This document shows, one piece after another, positions 32,386 through 46,429 of a stretch of DNA of 64,000 bases. The first letter of the stretch is position 1. Each line of letters opens with the position of its first letter. The notes beneath the pieces are model-generated. The model was not told the DNA's origin, ran no database searches, and saw nothing but the letters and a program-made list of their open reading frames with translations. The DNA comes from Macrostomum lignano (lineage: Eukaryota). The stretch lies in contig NIVC01000893.1 in assembly GCA_002269645.1 (NCBI GenBank), forward strand, positions 1-64,000, read 5' to 3'. Made by a program: the position numbers and the translations under genes.

Positions 32386-35300
32386 TTAGCGAGTAATGAT
32401 AGAGCTAGGCTGAAAATGGTATTAATCTTTTGTTGAGCAAATACCAAGTTTAATCTGTTGCATTGTTGCAAATTGTGCATAAGGTTGAATAGGATTCTAC
32501 AGTTATCAAAAATACTTTTGACATCCCTGGCAATGAGGATTCTAGGATTTAAATCTCATTGGATATTATGCCATATAATAAAATTTTTGCTATACAATGT
32601 CAAGATCCTTGAATTTTAGGATCTGGGATTCTGTATGCTTATTATGAGTAGGTTTGATAAGTGATCTATTTGATTTGAATCTGAACCCAAATTCCTTGAG
32701 ATGGCAGCAAAAAATTCGAATCACAATACTAAAAAGGGATTCGATAGGGGTTAAGCTGACAAACCCATTAGAATTTTGCTTCTCTTCTTGTTAGTTCTTG
32801 TTAATCAATTTTACTCTTTTTGCATCAAAATAAATTCGTTAAAACTGTCTCTTGTCTATGGGGTTTTTATTCTGTAGCCCACCTTGCTCCACCACATCGG
32901 TGTTTGCATCTGGCTTCTTTTATGCTCCAACCATGGAAATATTGCGCTTATCTGGTTTTTAACTAAGTGCTGTAAACATAAGAATTACGTACTCTATTTA
33001 CATTTACAACTATTTGCAGACAGGAATCGATCTGTCTTCCTGTTTGCCTTCCTTCCTTATATGATAATCACGAATTCCGGATTATTTTTATTATAATTTC
33101 CCTGAACAACCATAAGCTTATAGGACTACTAAGTCATCATACAACAACGAAATTTCACAAGACACTGTTGCTCCTTTGGAAAAGGATGAAAGTAAAATCG
33201 CGCTTGTGATTTTGACATTTGACTGACATGAGAGTCACATGCCCTAAAGTCACATGCTGAAAGTGAGTGGCACAAGAAGAGTATGCAAGAAATATCAATG
33301 CAAATATGCGAAGCAAATATTCCTGGACTCAACAGTACCAAAACCTATAAAGCAGTCTCTTAGGAAAGGTTTTTTATCTCCCAACAGATGATATCCTCAT
33401 ATCTTAAACTGACAGTTTAAAGAGCTGATCAAGGAAATGGAGTCTTCATGCTTTGTTGATGAAGCTAACAAGAAAAGATGTTGAATTGCTATGGTTTTTT
33501 TGCTGCCTTGAATTTTGGGACCTCAGATGCTTCTTCTGGGCACTTCTACTATCAATGCAACAAATGCTAATATAATTGCAGATGTAATTTTTGAGCTTGC
33601 TCTTGAGAGCTGCTTAACTTTTTTTCGTTATGGGCTCCGCTGGCTATTTGAGAGAAACCTACATATTTAGGTGTTTCTTCCACTGGGACTGGGCTAGCAT
33701 CCCAACTGCAATTCTAGGACAGCAATAATGGTCCTTGCCTAGCCACTTGTTGTTATGGCTAGTTCGTAGGTTGGCAACCTATTTATTAATTATACTTTAC
33801 AACCTTTTCTATTTTGAATAAAGTGTGTTCCATGTTTAATCTGCGTCTTCATTTGAATGCCCATTCCCATCCTCCTTGCTATCCACCAACCCTTCTTACT
33901 ATTTCTTCTATCCTCCTTGCCATTCCATTCCTAGGCCTAGGATAAGTAGATTAAGAATATAGGTAAAGTAGGCTAGTTGTTGATGGTATGTGGTGAGTAG
34001 CGTAGCTACTCCGTGTTAGCAAACGCGTCGGGTAGGGGCCGCCCCCGGGCCTATGGGCTCTCCATTGTGCGTGCTATGTTTGGCGGGGTGGTGGGTGCTT
34101 GAGTCCCCCCACCCAGGCCCTTGGGAGTTTTTTAGGCTGCGCGGGGCTGCCTTGGCCTAGCTACCCTGCCTTGCATTTGCAAGCCCAATTTTTTTATCCT
34201 GTTTTATTTTCCCCCTTTTAAAGCCACTTTTTCCTTCATTTGCCTTTGTTTTAAAGCCACATTTGCCTTCGTATTGAGCTCATCAAAATATATTTGACCA
34301 ATCCTTGGGGCCTGTTCCGCCCGGGTTCGTCTCCCTCGCCTGTGTCGGCCTTCGCCTTCCTTCCTCGACATTGTTCGTTGAATGGAGATTGAGGTTAAAA
34401 CCTGGTTTTGTAGTATATGAGCTTATGAGGTATATCTGCTTCAGTAGAGGGTTTATGCCTCTGGTAGAGTGTGGTTTTCACTACCTTGGTCTGGGGAAGC
34501 AGATAATGGGCCTAGTTCCTAGTTGCCTAAAGGCTTTTTATAACCTGGTTGGGTGCCACCCAGGGCCTGATTTGTTTCAAGCATTTATTTTTTAACCTAG
34601 CATACAACACAAACTTGACAAAAACTTGACTGATACTATCAAAATGGGTAAAACTTGCCTTGCCAAGTTTAGCTAGATACTTTAAATACAATCTAAAATG
34701 TCAAATGAGGCATGATGGTCAGTCAAGATATTTTATTAATTTGCAGTACTCAAATCTATCCTGTCATTTTAACATTTCAGCAGTGCTGAGTGTTGCACAA
34801 AAACTCACATTGGAATGTATATTGCCAAGAGTAGCAATAGGGGTACAGTGATGTTATAATGTATTTTTTAATTGTAATTTGTTCAGTTGAATATGCATTT
34901 CAGATAAAGCACACAAACTGAGCATTGGGTTTGCAAATTTGCTACAAAATTGACAGGCTCAAAAGGTTTGTAGATAGGAAAAATCTTGAAATTGTTCAAG
35001 ACCACAAGATTACATTGGGGAAAGTGAGTCAAAAGCTTGAGTATCTAGTATATACTAGTGATTGTATGATATAAATGCGTTGATTAAAAAGATTTTAAAA
35101 GGTTTTCCCCATTTTCTTCCCTAACCTCCCAGCTATCCCCTTGACAAATGACAATTCCTACACTCCCCTTTTTCTGTTGTGCCCTGAAGAATTGCTTCCC
35201 CATTGTTACTTTTTTAGGGTGCAATTGCAATATATTTTATGTGAATTTTATAAAACAAAATACTTGACTCTGCTATAGCTTTCTTATTGTCATGCTATCT

Positions 35301-36482
35301 ATCATTTATCAAAGTATCTTAGCTGGAAAGACTGGGTGGTAATACATCCTACATTATTTGCTTCCCTGGTGGCAAAATTATCATTTTGGAAACCTTCAAT
35401 GTGAATGACATCATGGAATGATCAAGCTTCATAGCAGTAAAGTCTCTTGTCTCAATGTGAAATTTTTGAAAAAATATTATAACTTGTTATGCAATTGCCT
35501 TATAGTGAATTGCAGTTTAACTTATAACTACTATTTTATCCCTATTTTATTTACCATATTTGTTGTGCTTCATTGTCTAATTACTTTCAATACTAATTAT
35601 TTCACACATTCATAGCAAGTATTTTCTAGCTCAGTCAATGATAGTGAAACAAAGGAACTATCTATTGATAAACTACACTTGGTAGGTCTAAGTAAATTAA
35701 TAACATGTTCCTCAAAGCAAGCTTAATTGTATATTAGTGTTTCAGTTTCATGTATCCTAATATTATCTATGCCATCTTTGGCTTGCATTGTCTATTCAGT
35801 ATGGTCAACAAAATGACAAAGGACTAGAAATGGTCAACAAAATGAAAAAAATTAAATTGTGGGTTGATGGTCATTTTGTCTGCTGCCAGTTTGTCTGGCC
35901 TTCTTTTGTCTACAAAAATACAAGGCAGTTGTTATTTGTCCAGTGACCGGACAAATAGCCTTTTTGCTATTTGTCCGGTTAAATTGCTAACACAAGTATC
36001 ATTTGTTTCACTAGGCCCTATTTGATTCACTATGATGTCATGCAAAACATTTTTCATTGGATGTTTAAATTAAATATAATACTTCTTTGAAATGTTGCAA
36101 CAAACAAAACTACGCATACAAAAGAGACATCTCACAATGACTCTTTGCAGGACTTGCAATATCTTATTATAAAAAGTAGACTAACTAGTTATGTAGCTAT
36201 ATTTTACTTTTTCTTTTTGAAAAAGTCGTTTTGTCTGCCGGCCAACAAGAAGGCGGTAGACGAAATGATGACCAAAAGAAATTTCTTGATAAAAAATTTA
36301 CCTGACAAAATAACATTCACTATTTCACACACCCTAGGCTTATTCGAATTAGTTGCTTTATATTTATAAATAAGTTGACGAAATGAGGAATTGAAGCTCG
36401 ATTAAAATAAAAGATGTCACATTTTTTTAAAGACCTGACCCAATGTCAATGAAGTGCTATACAGGCTATTTATAGGCCTAAA

Positions 36483-37768
36483 AGTAGGGACTTCAGTGAG
36501 TTATAAGAAGTGCGTGCCAATGGCAAAAAAGTAAGAAAAAAGTCCAATTTTTCAAGGGCGATTTTAAAGAAACTATAGAAGCCAGGATGAAAGTAAAATA
36601 TGCATTTAAAAGGTAAAAAGGAGCTCTTTCAAATGACACCAACTGCAAGTCTAGCTTTGTTATACTTTTTGCACTGTCTATTTTTAAAGTTGACCATTTT
36701 TTAGGAGGAATATAAAATTGAAGCCAAAATGAATAAAAAAACAGTGGTTCAGAAAATGCTTTTTCTTAGCTGCAATGTGTTTCTTATAATGGAAACAAAG
36801 GTTTTATAGTGTAAAGGGATAATTTAGAAACATTTTTCTGGTGTTAAAAAAAATTTTTTTTTCTTTTAATGCCCATATGGCTCTATGCAAAATTTCAAAT
36901 CCAAAATTTTCCATGAAATCCTTTTCCTGCATTGTTTCTCTTTATATTTTTCATTACCTATTGACAATACAAGCACAGTAAAAAAAACCGCTTGCCAATA
37001 GCTATAGGCGCAAAAATTTTGTGGAGGTTTCTTTTTTTGATACGTTTACATGTAAAATACCCATTGAAACGTGTATTTCGTGTTTTTTGTGAGACTCTGC
37101 CTTCCGGCAAACTAGTTCTCTGTGTCATTTGACTAATTCTGCTATGCTGAACACGATAGGCAAAACCGTTTTTTAATAAACCCATGCGCAAAGCCTGTAC
37201 AGCACATTACATTGCAGTTGGGGTGTCTGTCATGCATTAAAAATTTAGGGCAAGAAGTAGAATAGTATTATAGTAGGTAAAAACCTGAACAAAATGACAC
37301 TAGCCTTGTATAAATTAAGCAAGCAGAACAGATGCTATTGTATTTTTAAAATTGCAATCATTGCGTATCTGGTTAAAATAGTCAAAATTTCATACACCCA
37401 TCCTGTTTCAATTAGCTTAGCAACTTGGGCATATAAAATAATATTAAAATATATAATTCATACAATTAACACTAAAAAACTGAACAAAATGACACCAAGC
37501 ACAGTCATTTTGGTTGGCTAGAAAATTAATTACAAGTGTTCAAAGACAAAAAGCCAACTTTTTGGCCAAAAATGATCACAAACCGTAATGTAAAAATTCC
37601 ATTGGCTAAAGGCACAAATCGGGGTTACTAAAATAGCTGTAGTTTCCTTATTACTCAACCAAATCACTAAAGTTTGGCCATTTTGGAAATGGGAAAGTAA
37701 GATCTATCTAGTGAAATAGCAGCCTATAACAATTTCTGAAATTTAATTTTCTCACTGAAGTGCCTACT
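36483..37768. mobile_element. Non-autonomous TIR DNA element (possibly Kolobok-like)
   Basis: 18-bp imperfect TIR AGTAGG(G/C)ACTTCAGTGAG; no coding capacity; TSD not clear. Confidence 0.5.
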
Positions 37769-38249
37769 AAAAGCCTAGGCCTAAAAAGCTTTTTATAGAG
37801 ATTGGTTCTAGAACCTGGTCGAACCAGAATAATTCCAATTACCAATTCCAGAACTAGGGGCCTAGAATTGGCAGGAAAATGATAGGCCTAAGCTTCAAAC
37901 CCATTTTTCTTTGTCATTCTTTATAATTTAATTTTGTCTTTCTTTGTCTTTGGCTTTATCTTGGATAGCCTATAACAAAAAACAGAGTTCTAAAAATATA
38001 TCAATCATAAAAATTGAAGATTTCAAATATATATTGTAGGCTAGGCCCTACTGTTAAAATGTAAACATAATAATGTTCATGGATAGATCAATAAAATTTC
38101 TCAAACTAAATTCTAGAACTGGATCACATCATCACGATCACAGACTCTGGGTTTTTTTTTCGCCAGAGATAAGGTGCGAAATCGCACCTTGTGCCAAATT
38201 TCAAGGTGCGATTTTAAGGCTCAGAGTGCAATTTCTCTTGAGTCTTGTT

Positions 38250-40737
38250 TAGAATGTGAGGGTTTCACAAGAGATATTCAGACAGACATTCGAAACGATC
38301 GTCTGTAACTTTAAACAAAATTGACCCGCTTCAACCATCTTTTTGGCAAATACTTACGCAAGTGTTGGGTGTCGAATAAGCTTTAATTTATTAACTGAAG
38401 TAAAAATCCTTCTGACATACATTGATTTAAAAATTGCTTAGCAACACTAGCTCTGATTAGAAATCGCTTTACTGTTGACTAAAATTGTTTTGATTGTAGC
38501 AGCCTAAAAGCAGATACTGGATTTAAAAATGCTTCGATTTACTCTATACGCATGTCTCAGCTTTAAAATGACACCTCAGGCGTCGCAAAAGACAGCTTTG
38601 ATGCTGAGATATTCGACACTAAACAATTGCTTTGTGCAAACTCACATTCAGAAATTTCACTGATTTTTATCGATATTTGTGCAGCTGCCATGTCCTTGTT
38701 TTTCATCAGAAACTTGTCAAATTCTAGTCATGTCCAGTTTAAACCTGGACTTCTCTTAAACTGTCCTAAGTATTTGATTTTTAATGATTCCTGCCTTTAT
38801 ATTGCATAGATTGTACCTGAGTCAGTGAGTCTGTGAGTGTACATTTGTACATATGGCGACCAATCATGACTTTTTCACCGCTTTGCAATTCAAATAAATA
38901 TACGAGTGTACAAGAAACATGTTCCAATTGTTATTGAGAGAAATTGACGTCGCGTTTATTAACAGTCAGTGGCAATTAATATGAAGCAAATAGTTTATTG
39001 TTATGTTTTTACTTTTTTTGCGTGGCAATTCTGCTATCCAAATTGGAATGAGGTAAGCGGTGGGAATAAAATAAAAAGGAAGAATTTTTTCTACTGTTGT
39101 TGCAACCCAATAGCTATATGTACTTCAAACTTTTTAGATTGAACAGGCGATTTCTAATGTACTGCTAAGCTTTCCAATCCCTACGGACTACCGTAGCAGT
39201 TCTTAACTTTTTTTCTGTCTTGACTTCTAGACTCGGAATTCGGAACAACCTAAGGAGCCGCATGAAAATATTTAATTGGATAAAGATATTTTCTAAAAAC
39301 AGCTCAAGTCGTGACACATCTTCTTCTCACCTCAGTCCATCAACTGCTGCTCCTTCTGAGACCGAAGCAATCGTGAAAGTAAAACAGATCAGTTTAGATC
39401 CCATGGCCATGAATACAACCATTTCAATTGTGAACCTGCTTCGCTTACGAGTACGAGCACTAGCCTTCCATTTGATGACATTAGCTCACTTAACTCTGAA
39501 ATAGTTCAAGGATGGTTCCAAATGTTGAGATCTGACGTAGAAGCAGTCCAATTTGCGGAAATTTATCAACTGGACTCCATGAATCACTCCAATGAAAGGC
39601 GGCAAATAGCTGCAGAATGCGTAAACAAGTTTAAGTGAGTCACAAAACCCCCATTTACAGTAACTACATACACTTGTACGTTAGCAAGGCTCCATGCGAT
39701 GGTTAATAAATGGAGAAGTAGACAAGCATCTGAACAAATATTGAATAAAAATCAGTGAAGTTTCCGAATGTGAGTTTGAGCAAAGCAATGTTTAGTGTCG
39801 AATATCTCAGCATCAAAGCTGTCTTTTGCAACGCCTGAGGTGTCATTTTAAAGCTGAGACATGCTTATAGACATGACTAGAATTTGACGAGATTCTGATG
39901 AAAAACAAGGACACGGCAACTGCACAAATATCGACAAAAAATCAGTGAAATTTCTGAATGTGAGTTTGCGCAAAGCAATGCATGTTTAGTGTCGAATATC
40001 TCAGCATCAAAGCTGTCTTTTGCGACGCCTGAGGTGTCATTTTAAAGCTGAGACATACGTATAGAGTAAATCGAAGCATTTTTAAATCCAGTATCTGCTT
40101 TTAGGCTGCTACGATCAAAACAATTTTAGTCAACAGTAAAGCGATTTCTAATCAGAGCTAGTGTTGCTAAGCAATTTTTAAATCAATGTATGTCAGAAGG
40201 ATTTTTACTTCAGTTAATAAATTAAAGCTTATTCGACGCCCAACACTTGCGTAAGTATTTGCCAAAAAGATGGTTGAAACGGGTCAATTTTGTTTGAAGT
40301 TACAGACAATCATTTTGAATGTCTGTCTGAATGGGTCTCCCTAAAACACGCCCCGCACCGCCCTGCAGCGCTACACATTAAAACAAATTGGACTATAACT
40401 AAAGACACTTCAGAATGCATTTTCTGTTAAGCTTCAAGTTTTTATTAAATTTAGTTTTTTTACTTTGAAATATAAAATTTGGTGAACAATAAGTGATATT
40501 AATAATAATATTAATAAAATAATAATATTATAAATTAATAATGAAAACGAGAATATAAAAAAATAATATTTAAAAAAATAAATAAAGATGTTTATTCCAT
40601 TACTATTTTAACTTTTCCTTGCAATCAAATACTGCATTGACAAAAAATGTTATAATGTGTAGCGGTTTGGGGCCCGGTGCGGGGCGTGTTTTAGGGAGCC
40701 CCTGTCTGAATATCTCTCGTGAAACCCTCATATTGCT
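38250..40737. mobile_element. Long-TIR foldback element (about 490-bp arms) nested in the hAT-like element
   Basis: 38276-38735 is the reverse complement of about 39870-40332; 38250-38285 pairs with 40703-40737; part of the arm is tandemly duplicated at 39745-39870. Confidence 0.8.
40333..40704. mobile_element. hAT MITE inserted in the right arm of the foldback element
   Basis: TIR GGG.CTCCCTAAAACACGCCCCGCACCG..CGCTACACATTA; duplicated TCTGAAT; AT-rich core. Confidence 0.78.
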
Positions 40738-41631
40738 CACATTTCTGACAACTGGGAATGTATATTTTAATATCTTACATAAGGCTATAGCTATAGGCTA
40801 TATCGCCTATATGACTTAATAGGATTTAAAGAGTTATTTTGTTTCATATTTTAAGGCAGTGCATAAAAAATAGCTTAAGCATGGTTAAGCCTTTAAAGAA
40901 AAATGGTTATAAGACCGCACCTAAACCGCACCTACTTTTTTAATTTCAGGGTGCGATTTTAAAATTTAGGGTGCATACGCACACTCTGCGCACAAAAAAA
41001 AAACCCTGATCACAGTTCTGGATCTAGAACCAATTCTGAAAATGGAATAGAGTTTAATAGATAATGTGAAAAGCTTAGAACCAATTCTTAGGCCTAGGGC
41101 CTATTCTAAAATAGCCCAGGTAATATGAAAAGTCTTATAATCAGATTGAAGTGTTGGTAGTCATTTTAAATTGTTTTTTTTTCAAAAAACCTTGAAATTG
41201 CTTAAAATTTTTTTGTCATTTTAAGCTTAGGTAGGCCTAACTTAGGCCTAGACCTAGTCCTGACCTAAGTATACATAAAGTCAAATACAAAGTTATAATA
41301 TATGGATAGGGGCTATCAAGTTAGTTGCTATTATATTTAATTGGTAAAAAGATACTAATTGCTGGAATAGTTATTTATTTGCTTTTTATTTTTCTATACT
41401 CTATCTGCTAAGTTAAAAAAAAGAAATGGGATCACAGTTGCTAGCAATGACAGGTATTTTTTATATGAAATGTTCCATGAATATGTTTTTGTCAACTAGG
41501 CCTATTTAGACAGAAACATCTTTATGGTCTGCTAGTACAATCAAAGAAGGCAGCAAGGCCATTGATAAGGCCTACTAGAGCTTGGCAGCTAGATGGCTCT
41601 ATGAGTAGGCCCCTATCTATCATATATACGC

Positions 41632-41778
41632 AACCTTGGAAATCACTCAGCCATTTCTATTGGCAAAATACACATGTAAGTCACTATTGGTTAAGAGAAG
41701 TCACATGACTATTATTCTGTCCAATAGTGATTTACATGTGTGTTGCCAATAGAAATGGCTAGGTGAATCCTTAGGTTA
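41632..41778. repeat. Short palindromic (hairpin) element
   Basis: CCATTTCTATTGGCAA..CACATGTAA.TCACTATTGG and its reverse complement around a short spacer. Confidence 0.75.
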
Positions 41779-41821
41779 TGCCCAAGCCTAATCATGGTAT
41801 GCATGGCATGGTAGCATTTAT

Positions 41822-43200
41822 GGCATAACTATGGTTTTGTTTGTTATATTATTTCTTATTTCAAATTTGTTCCAGCGCACATAGAAATGGCACATTATAT
41901 TATTTTAAGTTCAAAAAAGATGACCCACCACCAAAAAAGTTCAAATTAGAGTTCGAACTTACGAGAAAGATAATTAGACGGGATAATAGTGTGACACCCA
42001 GTAGAGAAAGTTGCCAAACACATTCCGTGGATATAGACGGTGCCACAGAAATTCCTGCAGATAAGTTTCAAATAGACCATCACTCGTCCCATACATGTTG
42101 CGAAACTTTGCCATTTGCCTTGTAATGCGCCCATGTTTCCTCAATAATGTTTGTATATACCGTTGGGTCCTAGGGTCCACAAAATGGAGCCAGTAGTTTA
42201 CAGACGCATGATTTGGCAGTGCATTGTATGCAGCCCAACCATCTGCGATGATTCGTCATAGCCTTCAATGGCCTTCACGGTAGGCTCCAACATGATATTT
42301 GCGATGAAAAAACTTGGACTTGTCTACTTCGACTTCTTGGCCAGGGCCGCCCAGCTCAACAGGGTGATCTAGCAGGTACTGGGCACAAATGTCTCGACAG
42401 AAGTTACCCCAGTTGGCAACAGCATTGGGCGACAAGATGCAACACTGGCGTTGGATTTCGTCGAACTGGACTCTCACAGACCACCAGTAGATATAGTCAA
42501 CAATTTGCTGCAGGGTCAAATGTCTGGCTTCAAAAAAAGATCCCTTCCTTATAGAAACTTGGGCACGACAGTCTTTGCAGGCCTAGGCCAAGTTATCAAT
42601 AAACCGGGCACCTTCTCAGCGTTGCAAACGCATTTGAGCACCCGGCTTGCATCCACATACATGCGCAACAGTCGGCCGAGTCGGCCGATCCGGCCGACCA
42701 ATTTGGCAGCCAACCAAGGAAGTCGCAAAAATGCCATCCCGAAAAAATAACCAAGAAGTAGTACTAAGTAGCTGACGAGGCATTTCGGCTTAATAAGGCA
42801 GTCATAGTTACTCCTACCGTTTACCCAAAGTTGCGTTAATTCTGCTTTAGGGTTTTTTACATGTAAGTCGCATTTTTGGCCAAAAACTACGTCGCATTTT
42901 TGTTAAAACTAAGTCGCATGGCCGACCGAATTTCGGAGGTTGCGCATGTATGTGCATCCACACTGCTGTTCATTGGCAAGCAGCCTGTAGGTGGCCAACC
43001 AACGAAAGTAGCCAGCGTATCTGTTGTCACGGCTGCCAGGTCCCTTATTGTGAGGTCCAGTTGGCACAGCTTTGCAGGTGGATGCAAATCGCCTACCGGA
43101 ATGATCGTCATAGGAGCTGATGGTCGTCTAGCCATTTCTATGTGCACTGGAATGAATTTGAAACAAGAAATAATATAACAAACGAAACCATAGTTATGCC
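41822..43200 (-). mobile_element. Merlin (IS1595/ISXO2-like) DNA transposon, internally deleted, interrupted by a MITE
   Basis: About 70-bp TIRs starting GG; TSD GCATTTA(T/C); transposase remnants CKDCRAQVSIRKGSFF, GGPGQEVEVDKSKFFHRKYH, ADGWAAY, FVDP, YLQEFLW. Confidence 0.92.
42656..42952 (-). mobile_element. CATACATGCGC MITE with 28S-like core, inserted in the Merlin transposase
   Basis: TSD TGCATCCA on both sides. Confidence 0.93.
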
Positions 43201-44215
43201 GCATTTACCTCGTATCTTGGTCTCTATGGTCTTAATGGAGCTAACTGCACTGATATAAGCATTATAACTTTCCTAAGGTCAGGCATTAACATAGTAGCAT
43301 TGGCCTTGGCAACCTTGCTAGGGCCTAGATTATACACTTCAAGCTGAGTGGCTTTTGGGATGCCTTCTGCCTGAGGCTAAGAAATGTTACTTTTATATAA
43401 GATGTCTCTGAGCCCTTAGCAGCTTATTCCCAGGTGCAATGGGCTAGAAACTGTGCTTGTCAGGCTATTAGACCAAAATCTAGCTATAGTTGGGTTTGTT
43501 GCTTGCTAGCAAATAGCCCCTAATTGAAGAAATGGCACATCTATGAGGGTAAGTCATGGGAGAGGTCTATAATAACAAGGCAATGACAATGTTGCTGGCC
43601 CTACAAGAAAAGTAGGCCAGATAGACAATGAACCAAGAGTAGGCTAAGCAGAAAGGCAAGAACACTAAAAAAGCAAGAACATAGCAAAAAGGGAAAGGCA
43701 AGGAAGAGAACAGAGGCAGCCAAAAGGAGAAAAAAAGGAAAGAGAGAGAAAGAGGGAGAGCTGCAATTAGTAGCAGTCAGTAGCTCAAGAAGGCATGGAA
43801 ACTGCTAACTAAAGTGGGGCATCTAATTATATAAACTAATAGTAAAAGAAGCACTTTTGCACATAACTGAAAAAAATTTGGCATGAATAGAAGTTGAAAA
43901 TTTGATATAATATAAATCTATAAAAATTCTACTAGGGATTCTTTTGTAAAACTAATTTTGACTATACTTTTTATAATTCTATAAGCCAATACCCTATATA
44001 TTATGTTTTATATATAACCATTAGATCTAAGACTGCATAAATCCTTATACCAGAGCATATAGATGCTTAATACCTTAGAGTTGTAAGTCTAGATAACCAA
44101 TCTGATTAGACTTTTGAATGCTGATTGAAGTGATCATTTGTAGCCTTTTATAGGCTTTTGCCACTTTTTTTATAAATGCTATATATAAAACTTCTGTATG
44201 CTAGATGGTATATGA

Positions 44216-44928
44216 TAGAGCTGTCAAAATTAGAGATTTTATTCAAGACGAGATTCGAGACGAGAAAGGCTTATAAGTCAAGAATTTCGAGACGAGACAA
44301 GACAAAGTAAATCTAAAAAAATATATTTCAGAATTGCATCTTGTCTTGCTCTTATCTTGTCTTATCTTGTCTTAAATTTCTTGATAAGATACAATTCTAA
44401 AGTATATTTTTTAGATTTTCCAGAATACTTTCTTAATTCTAGTTTTAATTCTTTGCTATTTAGTATTTATTTATAAGCATTTATGCTTGTAGCGTATAGG
44501 CCCTTGGCTTTAGCCCTACTATGTCTATTACTAATTTGTCAAAAGACCTATGTAGATTGTCTTCGAGTCTGCTGTGATACACCTTGCCGCAGAACTGAAT
44601 AAATAACTAAAAGAGCGCATATGCAATGCAAACTCGTATATAACAACGTTCGTTAAATAACTAATATTGCTCGACATTGGCTAGACTTTATCATTTTACC
44701 ATTTGAAAATTGCCCTATCAAGCGTGTTACAACAAACAGTTTTATTTATATGAAAATTTGCTACCCTTTTTATATCTTATCACTTAAAAGCTTTTGAAAA
44801 AAAGGTATCAGAAAAATTCTTGAATCTTGTCTCGAATTTCTTGACAAAATTCGAGATTTCTAGAGATGAGAAAAAATGTCGAGATCTTGTTTTGAATCTT
44901 GTCTCATTGAGATCTCGTGACAGCTCTA
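44216..44928. mobile_element. hAT MITE with GAGACGAG subterminal repeats
   Basis: TAGAGCTGTC / GACAGCTCTA ends; perfect TSD GTATATGA. Confidence 0.9.
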
Positions 44929-46429
44929 GTATATGATAGTATATATAGAATCAAAAATAATTAAAAGTCAAATTGTTTCAAATGGAAAATTATATAACTT
45001 ATATATCTAAGATTTTTGAAAGTTTGTGCACTTTGTTATATTGACGAAATTGTCAATAATTCAAATTATTCATTTCCTTGACCTAAGGCCATAATAGTAT
45101 AGAGATTCATATAACTTACTATCTCTCAGGCCAATTCCTTTGTTATAGCAAATACCAATTGGATTTGGCACTCATAAATGCAAACATAGGCATGAAATAT
45201 AGGCATGACAAAATGGTATAAATGTGCAATAATCTATAGAAATGTTTTTGATCTTATAGGAAAAATCAAAGGAATTGATTATAAAATGACAACTAGTATT
45301 CACATAGGTTTAGATTGGGACTGTTAGGGGCTCTGCCAAATCATGGTGACAGAGGAAATCCTAAAAGAGTTGTGCAACATGCAGTTGAGCATTGTCCTGT
45401 TAGGCTCTAGCTTTGACTGCACTTTTCCTAGGCTCATTGCATGCCCTATAGACACTCAATGGTTTTAAGACTGACTTTGAATGAGTTTTTCTTGTAGCAA
45501 GCCAGTTTTTTAGTAGCTGTTTTTTATGGCCATTTTTGATTTAAGTGAAAAATTATGGAATAATAGCTTTTTTTAGCAGAGTTATAGATTAAACGACAAG
45601 AATTTTGCTCCACCCAAAGTATTAAATGTAGCCAATCTGGAACAGCATATTGTTTTTTTCTCTAATTACTCTATTTCAAAGGGTTGTCCAAAAAAGGTTA
45701 CTTTTTCTTATAACTCAAACAATATTCATGAGGCCATAGGCTCAAAGTCAAATTTAATATTTTTATAAAGTAAAAAGTATCATTATTATTGAATGAACAA
45801 ATATAACAATGTTGGCAAAATCTACAAAGTAGACAAAATGTCAAAACATTATTATATATCAAAAGTTAAGGTCAAAGCATAAACTCAATTGCTAGCATTC
45901 CAATTGTCACAATGGCCATTTGCAAGCTTAGTAGGATGTCCCATAGCCAAAGAATGCATTTAGAAATTGGTATATATTGACCTAAAGAAAAGTATATAGT
46001 TATAAATGGTATGCCTTGTAGATATTAATAAAAAATCAGACTATTGTCATAATTGAATATATTCGACAATAACAAATAAAGACAAATAAACAAACTAAAT
46101 AAATTTCAATATGTATTTTTGTATACTCCTTTATATTTGACTTTATATTTGAGTCTTGTGCAGCTAAAGAGCCTTGCAAATTGAAAAAGTAAAGCATTTT
46201 TAACTATTTCTAAATTGATTCATTTAGTAGCATAAGATAGATAGAAGTTGCCTTTGGCTTATATGCTTTCTTTGAGATAATTTGCATATATTAGTAATCC
46301 AGGTATAAACATTGGTCAAAGGACTCAAAGGCATAATCATAGAAATAGAAATGCATTTGAAAAATTAGACTATAGTATTAATCTCCTTAATTGTAACAGT
46401 AATACTGGACAATAAAATATAGTGTCTTA

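Larger units (their letters stand above)
38147..41008. mobile_element. hAT-like element (C.GGGTTTTTTT / AAAAAAACCCTG) hosting nested insertions
   Basis: Terminal repeats, subterminal GGTGCG motifs and near-TSD ATCACAG. Confidence 0.6.

Noticed and set aside
33100-33900. Degraded LINE (PVEETPKYVG-like) and, at about 62100-62460, a degraded hAT dimerisation-like remnant
   Set aside because: Too many stops and too few residues to support by eye; a translated profile search is needed.
33990-34060. Second hammerhead near CAAACGCGTC
   Set aside because: No CTGANGA core or stem I pairing found.
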